This document shows, piece by piece, positions 35,776 through 47,355 of a DNA stretch of 64,000 nucleotides (position 1 is its first letter; each line of letters starts with the position of its first letter). The position numbers were made by a program, and so were the translations under genes. The stretch is from Sphaerodactylus townsendi (Eukaryota), in assembly GCF_021028975.2 (NCBI RefSeq), contig NC_059438.1, positions 26,412,001-26,476,000 of the forward strand. The letters are read 5' to 3'. Under the pieces are notes generated by a model, which was given only the letters and a program-made list of their open reading frames with translations, ran no database searches and was not told the DNA's origin.

Positions 35776-36464
35776 TTCTAAACTTTAGCCAATTTCATTC
35801 TTCCTGCCAGGGGTTCCAACTTTACTGAACAAATTAAATTTCTTCTTGGAACTGGATTATTTTCAGCTGGCTCTTCACCCTTGTCTTCACACAGGTATTT
35901 TTTTTAACAAGTTTATTCTCATTGTACAGGATGTAAGCTCACCTCTTCACTTTCCCACTCATCTACCTCAAGTCTCATTTAGCAAAGCAGGCTATAAATG
36001 AAGGAAACATATGTGAGTTCATTTTGCTTGCTGGGAAACTACTCTGCATTGTTCCACACTGTAAACATGTGCAAGTGTCAAAACCAATGTGGTATCATGG
36101 TCAGTGTTCATCAAAATTAGGCATGGGGTGGGAAAAGATAACTTTCCCGCCTCTCCCAAACTACTAGACCGCAGGAGCACCCAATGAAATTGCTGTACAA
36201 TAGAGTCAGGAGAGACAAAAGGAAGTATTTCTTTATTCAACCCATGATTAAATTGTGTGCTTTGGTCCCAGCAGACACACATGATGGCCACGAATATTGA
36301 TGGCTGTAAAAGGTCCATTTATGGCTACTCGTCAAAGTGATTAAAGGAATTCTCCCTAGACAGAGGCAGTGAATCTCAGAATGTCAGTGCTAGGAGGCAA
36401 CATCTGGAGAAGGCTTTGACCTTTGTCTTTTGTTGGTTCTCCGAGGCAGCTGGTTGGTCACCAT

Positions 36465-36959
36465 GGCCGAATTCCCACTGAAAATTGAACCTAGATACAA
36501 CCAAGTTTCAAAAGAATCGGCACCTTTTCATCCAGGTTCCAACATCCTCACTGCAGCATGTTTCTAGTGAAGACGTCTAGCCCTGCCCCTTGGGGGGGGG
36601 GGGTGTGCCTGCTGTCAGGGGTGCAATTGTTAAGCTAGCAGCACCAACATTTCAGAGTATCTTTAGGAGACCCTCCTGATGATACCACCCAGGTTTGGTG
36701 AAGTTTGGTTCATGGGAGCCAAAGATATGGACCCTCAAATGTGTAGCCCCCATCTCCTATTAGCTCACACTGGAGTGTTTTCTCGAAAAGGTGCATATAC
36801 AAGCAGGTCCAGGAAAATCCCATGATAAGTGGGAGAGGGGGGAGGAGTGCCAGAAATGGGACTGATCTGTGTTCCACGGTTCAGCTGTGAGGAGATCTCG
36901 AGGGAACCTGGATATTTCGGGTGACTATCCCAGGATTAATCGCCAGTGAGGAAGTCACC
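36465..36959 (+). mobile_element. Harbinger-like element inserted in a CR1 3' fragment
   Basis: Ends homologous to 33932-34707. Flanks rejoin as ggttggtcac-tgtgtaagacaggatgccggactggat (CR1 3' region, about 36200-37026). Confidence 0.65.
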
Positions 36960-38390
36960 TGTGTAAGACAGGATGCCGGACTGGATAGATCACTTTTCTG
37001 ATCCAACAGGACTCTTCTGATGTTCTCAGCCTGAGGAGACCCAGGCTCAAATACTAAAATAAAGGAGTCGAGTAAATACTCCATTCACCGATATTTGGTG
37101 GGGATTTTTTTTTAAATAAAAGATCCTGAATAAAGAAAACAATTTTAAAATTCTCAAGGGTAGCAAGTTCAAGTAATAAAGATTAATGTAAACAAATAAC
37201 TAAATTGAGGGCTTTTATCAATACCAGCATGTTTTTCATTAATTTCAGTAACACCTTGTGTTTCCTGTAGCCATAGCAACTAATAATGAAATTTCAAAGA
37301 TTAAAGCTTTAGTCAAACAAACAAATGACTGGGAATTATTTATATCCTATATTGTGATGTCCCACCTCGCCCAGACTACTATGGAATCTGAAACGAGAGA
37401 AATAACTATCCAAACTATTTTTTCGAAAACTCTGTAGAACTTGGGGAGGCAGAGGCTTGGATTCTCACAGGGCACAATCCCGCTCGCCCCCATCTCTTGT
37501 ACGCCTTCTTTTCATTTCAATGGATTTTGCTCCGCAGAACTCCCCGGCAGATTGTGCCCCCAAGAAAAAAAAAAAAACAGCGCAACTTCTCCAAACCAGC
37601 AAGTAGAACATTCTCAAGAGAAGTAGCATGGCTCAAAGGTTGGCAGAAATTATCAAGACACAATCAAAAATTCATGGGTGTTCGCGCAGCACCCCCATCT
37701 CAGCCGGAGCAGACCAGGAGAAAGATTTGCTGCTTTCTCAGTGGCAAGAGCCACTCTTAACCCCAAACTTAACCTTTATAATGGATCCAAGGTATTGCGA
37801 CTTCAGGGAAGCCCAATTATCCCTCCCACCCACCCCCACCACCCACCCATTGCACAATCAAGGCATATTTTAAATCAACAGCATCCTTAGTCATTAAAAA
37901 GACACCTTTGTTTTCTTTTTCTGAATTGCAGGGGAGGGCGAAGAAAATCCATAGTTTTAAAACCACTGAATTAAAGGGCTTTGGAAGTGAGCGGCAAGAT
38001 TCTTTTTTGAGGCATACAAAGGCGAGGGCAAACACAAGGCTGCGGTTAATATTTTATCCATCCCTCCTTTATCAGAAAGAAAGTCAGACTTGACATCTCT
38101 CCTTTGAACATGGTTTTGAGCTGAGGTTATTGCTTCTCTGTGACCCAGAGAGGCAAGGCAATCAGGATAAAAGAGACCGGCTTGTTTTCTTCCCAGGCTA
38201 TGTGGACCATTCTCATGGCAGCCAACCATGGGTAGCGCGAGCCCAAAAGTAACAAACATGCAGGGGGGAAATTCAGAGATGCCTCTCTGGATCCTGGAGG
38301 GGGTTCCTGTTCCTTTTGAAGCAGGGTTGCCAGCTTTGAGTTGGGAAATACCAGGAGATTTGAGGGCAAGAGCCAGGAGAGGGCAGGGTT

Positions 38391-38815
38391 TATTTTTTTA
38401 ATTTTATCTATTTATTTTTCTATTAGTATCCCGCCCTCCCCTGTAGGGCTCAGGGCAGCGAACAACAGCAGCCTAAAAACATCAGTAATCAATCATAAAA
38501 CATAGGTAAACCACAGAAAGGCGACAGACCCCCCTTTTCGTTCCCACAGGAGGCCAACAATGACATTCTAACCGGCTGACTAGATGTAAAAGCCTGGCAG
38601 AATAGCTCCGTCTTACAGGCCCTGCGAAAACTATTTGGATCTCGCAGGGCCCTGATCTCACTGGGGAGCCCGTTCTACCAGGTGAGGGCTAAGGCCATAA
38701 AGGTCCTGGCCCTCATACTAGCCAGCCGGATATCTTTTGGGCCAGAGACCACCAGCAGGTTTTTCTCCGACAAGTGGAGAGTCCTCACGGGGCAAAACGG
38801 GGAGATGCGGTCCTG
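38391..38815 (-). mobile_element. L2 LINE 3' fragment nested in a TAGGGTTGCCA element (38322-38953)
   Basis: Minus strand encodes NLLVVSGPKDIRLASMRARTFMALALTW. Flanks rejoin into one element with agggttgcca / tggcgaccct ends. Confidence 0.8.
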
Positions 38816-39462
38816 CAGGTTGAGGAGGGGAGTGATCTCCGCAGGGTATAAGGCCATTGAGTCCACTCTCTTAAGCAGAGGAACTGATCTTGGCCATCTG
38901 GAGATCAATGCAAAGGGAGATCTCCAGGGGTTACCTGGTGGCTGGCGACCCTACATCAGAAAACGCAGGCCTGCATTTCAGGATAAGGGATGTGGTAGCG
39001 GCAGATGCATCAGGAATGAAGGCAGAGGGAACAGGGACAGGGCATAAAGCTGCAGCAAGAATTACCACCACTTTTTACATTTTCATGTGGAAAGGATTTT
39101 TTTTTTGTCCAGACCCATGAAAGAGGCAAAGGAACCGGCAGGCCGTTGAAAGTCTTTTTGCATGAGTTCGAGGGACTTCCAGCCTCCTTGGAAGATTGCA
39201 GCGCTATCAAAGAAAGATCAGAGGGATGAAATAATGATGATATGGACTGGATGAGAACTGGATGAGAACTGGATGAAGGAGACGGGAGTCAAAGAAGACA
39301 TATGGATGAGGAGACAACAACGAATGAACTTACTGCTGTTTGGTTAAAGAAAAATAAACATAAAATTGGGGGAGGGAGGGTGAAAAAAGGGAAAATGTAT
39401 TGTTTGGAAATTATATCGGAAATGTATAAATAGAATGATTTCAAACTATACAATAAAAAATT

Positions 39463-39607
39463 GTTGAAGGCTTTCACGGCCGGAATCACTGGGGTGCTGT
39501 GTGGTTTCCGGGCTGTATGGCCGTGTTCTAGCAGCATTCTCTCCTGACATTTCGCCTGTATCTGTGGCTGGCATCTTCAGAGGATCTGAAAGCCTTCAAC
39601 AATACAT
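39463..39607 (-). mobile_element. Penelope-like element fragment (pseudo-LTR with inverted terminal segment)
   Basis: gaaggctttcacggccggaatcactgg...ttctctcctgacatttcgcctg...atcttcagagg resembles squamate Penelope pLTRs as I recall them. 16-bp inverted repeat 39461-39476 / 39587-39602; 16-bp flanking direct repeat tatacaataaaaaatt. Confidence 0.85.
39542..39584 (-). ncRNA. Minimal type I hammerhead ribozyme motif (probably degenerate)
   Basis: Minus strand reads tcct-CTGAAGA-t-gcc...ggc-GAAA-T-GTC-agga: stem I tcct/agga, stem II gcc/ggc, conserved core boxes, GUC cleavage triplet. Confidence 0.7.
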
Positions 39608-41371
39608 TATACAATAAAAAATTATTTTAAAAAAAGAAAGATTAGAGGGAGGCAGCTGGAAACAGGCATGCTCCCTTCCTTCTGCAGCGGCTCATTTGTT
39701 TACAATAGTAGCTTGCAGCCCCTGGTTGGCCCTGAGTGTCAGAAGGGAGCACTTCTCCAGACCATCTTGATCAACCAGGAATCTCAGGCCCAGAAGAGAT
39801 GTGGACAAGACAACCAGTCCCTATTTATCTACCAAAAGCAAATGACATGCATTCAGTTCCAACTGGGACTGGGAAGGGGGTTAACCATGTGGTTAACATG
39901 AAACAGGAAGCTGCCTTAACCTGAGTGAGACCCTCAGTCTATCAAGGTCCATGTGGAGGCCTTTCACAGCACCTATTACCTGATCTTTTTAACTGGACAT
40001 GCTGGGGGCTGAACCTGTGATCATCTCTATGCAAAGTAGATGCTCTGCCAATGAGTTATGGCTTCTCCTCATTAACACCCACAGGATTTTCTAATCAAAA
40101 CTCTCCCCCTCCTCCTTTTATTAGCACTTTAAAGGAAACAAAATGTGTTTGTGAAGAAATGGCCTTGCAAGCACCTTTTCCTTGAGGCCTTCACTACCAT
40201 CCCAAATCTCTGCCTGATGAGGCATCTCTTCTGTTTACTCCAGAGGATTATCAACATTTCTCCAGATAGTGACCACTGCCACAATATCGGATTTGTACAT
40301 CTAGATATTTTCAGAGGGTAGCAGGGTTGGTCTGCTAGAGTCAAGTCCTTCGAGGCCAAGATTTTCTAGGTATGAGCTTTCAGGGGTCAAAAATCTAGTA
40401 CCTGACAAAGGAAGCATCAGTGGCATAGCAAGGGGGCGGGGCGGGGCGGGGGGGGCAGAGCCAACAGTGCAAAGCTCCGGTCAGGTGGCGCTTGAAGGGC
40501 GGAGCCAGCAGTTTAAAGCTGGAATTGTTTTCGCAAATGGCATCCAATTCCTCTACCACGTGCAGCTAAATGTGCATAGCTGAGTTGTGAAAAATGGGAC
40601 CAGGAACAATATCCCTTTAAGCCAAAATGGATTTTGTTCTGAATTGGTGCTAGAGGACCTTCAACTACCTAAGAATGGGGTTATATATCACAGCAGGTAG
40701 GATTAAGAGGCAGAAAGATTGTTGCAGACTTGCATATTTTCCAGGGGAGAACAACAGCTAGGAGCAACCTGAACTATGTTCTCACATGGTATAGCCTGCA
40801 GCATGCAAACTAGAAGTTCATAGGGTCTATGTATTCCCACTATGTGTGGCTTCTGGGCTCCCAGTGTCTGAGAATTCAACATCTGCAGAGCGATCTCCAT
40901 TTTAAAATTTAAAAGACTGCCTATTTCCTTCACACCTGAAATATTTTTTTCTCCCTTTCCTGTGGGGTTTTTTTGGGGGGAGGGGTGGTGTTGTATTTCG
41001 AACATCTAGCCTGAAGAAGAGTTCTGCAGAACTCAAAAACTTCTTTTCTATTTTGTGACCTTTTAGTTGGTTCTCTGACACCTTAGCTGCTTTTAAGTTT
41101 GTGTGAGTGGATGTAATGGTTTCAGATCTCTAGTTTTGTACTGGATTTCCTGATCTGAGGGTATCTTGGTTCTTCAATTCTTCCCTCTACCTTCCTGTCT
41201 GAGAGGAGGTTGTGTCAAAGAGACATCTATGTACCACGCTGAGAACTGTTTATGCTGTCTGGCTCCTTCAAAAAGCAGCTGTTCGCTGTGAAAGCAGAGT
41301 CTATATTTCTGAAAATGGTAATGTACATGTGTACATGTCACTTGCAAGACCTGGAACATGTCAGACTAATG

Positions 41372-41622
41372 CAGGGGCATGCTGCCCAGGGGGACATATA
41401 GGGTCAAATGTCCCTGAGCTGTGGCCATTTAGTCATGTGGGGGGCAGAAAATTGCCCCCACCCCTCCTTCTTCTCCCTTGGGTCCATACACTGACTTCAA
41501 GACCTGATGCATAAAAAGTGTTTGGTTGTGGTGGGGGAGGGTGGCTGCCCATACGAGGGCAGGGGAGGGGGTAGAAAACTCAGACTTTGCACCAGGCTAC
41601 ATTTCCCCTAGATACGCCTCTG
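41372..41622. mobile_element. hAT MITE
   Basis: caggggcatgct...agatacgcctctg; TSD gactaatg/ggctaatg. Confidence 0.8.
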
Positions 41623-43081
41623 GGCTAATGCATTGCTTTCTTTAGTTAAAAGGATGAGCATGCCAGTTTTGTAACATTTCCTGATGGGCACCATTCTTTG
41701 CTGGGCTGATTTGGCCCCATCGCACAAAAACAGTCGGTGACCTGTCCGTTCTTCTGACAGGCATGTGCCGTAATCGCAAAATGTTCTTCTTCTGGGAAAA
41801 AGAAAAACAGGCTAGAGTAGATTAATTAGCAGGCCCCCCAGGCAGCTGAGATGATTCCAGATATGTTTTATGAATTTTTTTTTGTTTGAAAGGGGAAAAA
41901 AATGTAAATCTAAATACGCGCTATTTATGTATAACTGGAGTAAGTCAGCAAGGCTGTGTGTGCAGTTCCGTCATCTTTCCTTGCCTGCTGCTTTCTCTAA
42001 TGACTCTGTTCTGGCACCCGCTTGCTTGCTGCACCCTCTTGGATGCAAATGCACCTCACTTCCTCTGGGCATTGAAACACACCCATTGCCCCGCAGTTAA
42101 ATATCAGGGGAAAAACTGATCTGCAAGAGTATTTACAAGTGCCTGAAATACCAACACAATTGCAACATTTTACAGACACCATGCAGTCATTTTTAATGTT
42201 ATGAAATTCAGAGCAGGCTAGGCATCCTGGAGCCACAAACACGGAGGGGGGGAAAATCCCTCATTAAATTTGTTCTCAGACACCTTTCCACTTATATCAC
42301 CTGATGCGATTCCAGCAGAGTTGCTACAGCAAGAGAGGGGGGCTTTTTCCCCCAGCAGCACTGTGTGCATGTTTGGATGAGAAAGACATCTGCAAAATAG
42401 GACCACACTGGAGACAGTGAGAGAGGTCGATTCTGTGTTCCCCAGTTTTTCTTTGCAAGGGATGGGCTATGGAGACAGAAATGTGGCATCCTCTATTTAT
42501 TCGAAACAGCACTGAAATCCCCAGCAAGCTCAGGAGAGGATCAAGCACTTAAAACAGGAAGAGCTGAGTCCGTCCTCTCTTAAGGAACCCCAAAGAGCAC
42601 CACAAGTGGGGATGCCAGCCTTCGGGGGGACCTGGGGATCCCCTGGAATTACAGCTCACCTCCAGACTACAGAAATCAATTCTGAAGAAAATGGATGCTT
42701 TGGAGGGTGTTTTCTATGGCATTGCATTGAATACAGTTTGTTTTGCCTGGCGATCCCGTGCCCATCTTTTTTGTTTTGAGGAGGATGTCTGTGAAGCTAC
42801 AACAACACAAATGCGCACATATTGCAGATTCTTGTGTTGTCAAAGCTTCGCAGGGATCCTTCTCAAAGCCGAACAAAAATAAAGGGAAAACTTCATATAT
42901 GCGGGATTGCCAGGCAAAACGAACTTTATTCATGTACTTTTTACAGTGAAATGGCCATCGGATGAGCAGCAAGCAGAGGAAACCTCCGTGGGGAACCCTC
43001 ACCAAATGGTGGAAGCACGGAGAATCTGTGCCACAGCATGCAAAATGGAGGCACAACTCCAGAAAAAATGATAGTAAGAGC

Positions 43082-43194
43082 CAGCAGTGGGATTCAAAAC
43101 AACCGGTTCCGGTGGTGGGATTCAAATAATTTAACAACCGGTTGTTTACAAGCCCCATTTTAACAACTGCCAAACTGGCTGAATCCCCCCACTG
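43082..43194 (-). mobile_element. hAT MITE, same family as 16781-16920
   Basis: Reverse-oriented homologue; TSD gtaagagc/gtaaaagc. Confidence 0.85.
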
Positions 43195-43449
43195 GTAAAA
43201 GCTGGGGAGAGGAAGAAATAAAGCATTTCCTGCCTGTTTTTGTTTGCAAAGGCAAGCAGGAGACATCTTCAACCCATCTTTCGGGGGGGGGGGGGGGAAG
43301 ATTGCTAGTTTAGTGATTTTGAAAAACCAGGGGTGGGAGAAATGAAATGTTCTGAAGACATTTGGGGGGAGAGAGAGCTGTGTGAACTTCTTCCCCAAAA
43401 TGTTTTTTTATAACATCCTCAAGACGTTATATTTCTGCTGTGTGGAAAA

Positions 43450-43568
43450 GACCATGGATTGACTCTACAATGGAAGCCATGGCCCTTAGTCTGCAGAATG
43501 TGAGCAAGGCTGTTAATGATTGGAAAGTTTGGAGGACACTCATTAGTAGGGTCGCCATAAATTGGAAA
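43450..43568 (+). mobile_element. RTE/BovB-like LINE 3' end
   Basis: Translates WIDSTMEAMALSLQNVSKAVNDWKVWRTLISRVAIN; gggtcgccataa tail. Confidence 0.75.
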
Positions 43569-46248
43569 TTATATTATTACATATTCGATTTAATAAACCG
43601 CTCTACCCCCGGAGGGCTCAGAACGGTGTACAAGTCAATAAATAACAAAGTACAAAAAACATCGAATAACATCATTAAAATACATAAAACCAATAAAACA
43701 GTAGCAGCGATACAACCCACCCACAATTTGGTGGATGGTGTCCGGTCCTAATGCCGGGAGGGGACCTAAGAAAGACAGATGGTACATAGGACATCAGGAA
43801 GGGAAGGTAATTCAGCAGCCAGCCCCCCCCCCCCCCCAAGCCCGGTGGAACAGCTCAGTTTTGCAGGAAATGACATTCCTGCACTTGACACACAGAGATA
43901 ATTTTTTTGAATATTGTGGACTAATTTACACAGCAAGATTTTCTCTACTGGGTACCACCTCCCTGTGCTTTGATGGGTTTATAAAAGCAGAGGTAGACAC
44001 ATCCTATGCAAAAAGACGCTTGCACTGAATACTGCATGTTCAACCCCACAATGGAGCAGATAGTTCCCATGGAGCCATTTTGGGTCATGAAAATGCTGCA
44101 GAAGGGAAGGCTGTGCTCTCATCCTTTTCCCTGGTCCATAGTCTCAATTCAAATTGGGCCCAATTCAAATCTTGTAAATTTGTTTTAAAAACACTTAACA
44201 GTTGGCTGGAACTTCTATACAAGTCAGGTCAGGACACCTCCACATGCTACTCGTGCCAAATGTTGTGTCTAGTTTCAGCCCTGTGCTGGTGCAGGAGTTC
44301 AATTCTGTTTCCACTCGTGTAATTCTCGTTGACTTTCTCTGTCTTGGATAACATCAGTGTTTAGGGGTCTCCTTGTCTGTGCCCTCTGGTGAAACAATTG
44401 CCTTTCTGCAATCAAATTACTCTTTAAGTAAAGAAGGCTGTCCTTTTGACCATCTTGCAACTATCACCGTGGCCCATTATGCCTGGAGCACTTTCCTCAA
44501 GGCTCTTCGCTCCACAGAGGGGTCACAGTGGGGTCACCTCACATTTCTCTGTTTACACATGAGGAAGTGCCCCACTGCCTGATGCGCTGTTTGCCTTCCC
44601 TCACTTCCAGGCCATTCCTGGTTGGTTGTAAAATTGCCACCTTTTTCTAAAAATCTCTTAATTTAAAAAAATTGTTATTTTTCATAACACCATTGCAATG
44701 GCTCGTTATTATTAATTTGGGGAAAGGGGGTTGAAAAAGCCAGCCAGCCGTCCCTCAGAAATGCCTGCAAGGAGTTGGGGGGGAAGAGCAGAAAGAAGAA
44801 AAACCCCAAAGCCAGGGAAAACATCAGGGTTTGTCTGCTCTCAGGAACCACGGGGCTTCTGGCATCTGCAACATCCTAAGTGTGAGCACGTCTACAATGA
44901 AAACTTTGCCCCGAAGGACATGTACCCTCGCTGCAGGGGAGCGCACTAATGCATGTTCAACCTGTGATAAAGCACACTGTGCAAGATAAATATGCAGGAG
45001 GGAATGCATGTTGTACAGACCAATCCCACACAAGATATATTGATGAAAGTCCCACTAAGTTCAATGGGGCTTACTTAGTGCCAAAGTGACTTGAGCAAGC
45101 AAAGTGTTCGTATCTTGCTGGTCTTCAAAGGCACTTCAAATCACCATCATCTGGAAAATGTCACCAGTTATCTGAATTCACCCTCCTGGTTAAAAGGGCT
45201 GTGCAGTTACGAGTGCCATAGCTCAGGTCGAGAGAAAGTGGTCTTTCCAACTGTGGTGCAGAATGAAAGCCGATCAAGGATCAAGTTTGGAGGCAGGAGA
45301 CACAGAGAAAGGCTGGTGAAATGAATTAACCAAGGCAGAGAGGCATGTCTGAGACTCCCAAATGGTTCTCCAGGCCTGTTGTTACCACTGGCAATAAAGT
45401 TATGAGGCAGAGCTGGGTCTAGGAGAATACACTTTCTTGTGATACTACACAAACAATATCCAATGTGAGACAACTCTAGAGCCTACAGGCTTTCCGCAAC
45501 CCTCTGAATCACAACTCCCAGCCTTCCTTTGTCTTCTTGGCTACAACTTCATATCTCTTCTCCACTAGCTTAACCCTTTGTTTGCAATACCCTCTTCCAT
45601 CAAATTCTTTACAAATGGGCAGAAAAACAAATGAGAAAAGGCGGTGACAAATATACTTGATCAACATGCCCTGTAAGTTGTGTGCGTGTGCAGCTGGGCT
45701 GCCACCGTATTGGTGCTGCACAAAGAACGGGTTGACCCATTTGAATGTTCTTCCTTCAGCAGTCTTGAATGGCAGATTTCATCAGATCCCTTATTTATTT
45801 GTTTGTTTGTTTGTTTGTTCAATTTATATCAACAAAGAACTTGTCCCTGTTCATGAAAAGACATCGAAACAATTGAGCACGTCCTTCTAGATTGTGACTT
45901 ATATGCTTCAGTCAGAAGACAGTATGTAGATCCTTATACTTAGAACTATGCCCTCTCACCGTATAAAGTTAAAACTTTTTACCTGCTCTGTGACCAATGT
46001 CCTCAGAGAGTCTTAGATGTTACCGAATTCTTGGCACTGGCGCAACAGATCCACCTCAGATCCTAGTGTTTATCGTTTTTTCCTTCTTTTAAAACACATT
46101 TTAATTAATTAATTACAATGAATGAACTTATCTTAACCTAATCCTTCTCAACCCTTTTATTGTATTATAAGCTCATGCCAATAAAAGGTTGATAATGATG
46201 AAATAAGAGGCTGCTCAGCAGTGGAAGCTCTCCCAGATGGCTCAGTTC

Positions 46249-46328
46249 CAGTGGCATACCGGGGGGGGGGGGGATGACACCCAGGGGCAACATGGATACC
46301 CCATGTTCCCATTAGCGGTACGCCACTG
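46249..46328. mobile_element. 80-bp hAT MITE
   Basis: cagtggcataccg / cggtacgccactg TIRs; perfect TSD ctcagttc. Confidence 0.88.
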
Positions 46329-47355
46329 CTCAGTTCCATGCAGTGTTTTTGGAGTCTAAAGCCTACACATTCACCATGACTCTCTCCAGGCCCCACCTAC
46401 ATGCTGGCAACCATATGGAGAGCCGAGGAACAAACATGTTCCAAACAGTCCTTCTAAGAGTGACATGACCAGCAGTCCTTCACTTTAGCAGGATGCTTGA
46501 GAGATTGTCCTCTTAAAGAGACTCCTGTGCCATTCTCCCAGCAAATAACCTACCCCTCAAGTGTCTGAAGAAACAAGACTTAAATTTCCCTGGTGTGAAG
46601 GAAATCAGCTCATGAGCTACAATTTTAGTTTTTTTTCACACATGAATTGTTCAAATATGTTATGCAGTGTTATCTTCAGGCACCAACCAAGGCATGTAAC
46701 TTCAAAAAGTCAAAAGCTGCAGCTTCGAAAACTTGCGATGCTGGTACACTTTTGTTTAAGCTACCAATGAAATATTGAAGCTCAGGACTGCTTAAATTAC
46801 CTGGACCCAGAACCGGTAGCCAAGTCCCTGGGAAATGGACTGGGGGGATGAATTTTGTGCATAATCTTGCAGGCACATACACAGTCCCAATATGACAGAA
46901 TATGCCTGCATATTTCCCTCGGCTGTAGACTTTGACCCCAAAAGATGTATCAGCTCCAACGGGGTTCCATAGTTAAAAGGAATTTTTATTTCTAATATTT
47001 TGCAAGCTCCTCCACCCTGCCCCGCCACACAACTGCTCAGAGTCGTGAATGTGGCCACTTGGAAATGAAACTTGATTCCCAAACAAAGCATCTGATCACT
47101 GCCACTTCATAATCCATCGCTCTCATGGCTGGTCAACCCATGGTCTTATCTGACCACCTTCACTGATTGAAAGGAAACCCCAGCACCAAGCATCAGACTC
47201 AAAGCCATCTGAGAGTTTTTGAGGCAAAGCTCACTATGGATTAATTGATTTAGAAAGTTGATGTGCTGCCTCTCCAGAGACCTGCTCAAAATGACTCAAC
47301 GACTTAAACAATCAAACAAGATCATTAAAACACAACCGCTAGAAACAAAACAAGG

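Larger units (their letters stand above)
39227..39632 (+). mobile_element. 5'-truncated L1-clade LINE related to 28558-28898, carrying a nested Penelope fragment
   Basis: Homologous C-terminus (W.RR..RM.LLL); TSD aaagaaagat(c/t)agaggga (39209-39226, 39633-39650). Confidence 0.85.

Noticed and set aside
42676-43398. 240-aa minus-strand ORF, the longest in the track
   Set aside because: Stitches together a hAT MITE, a poly-C run and another repeat; no domain or splice support.
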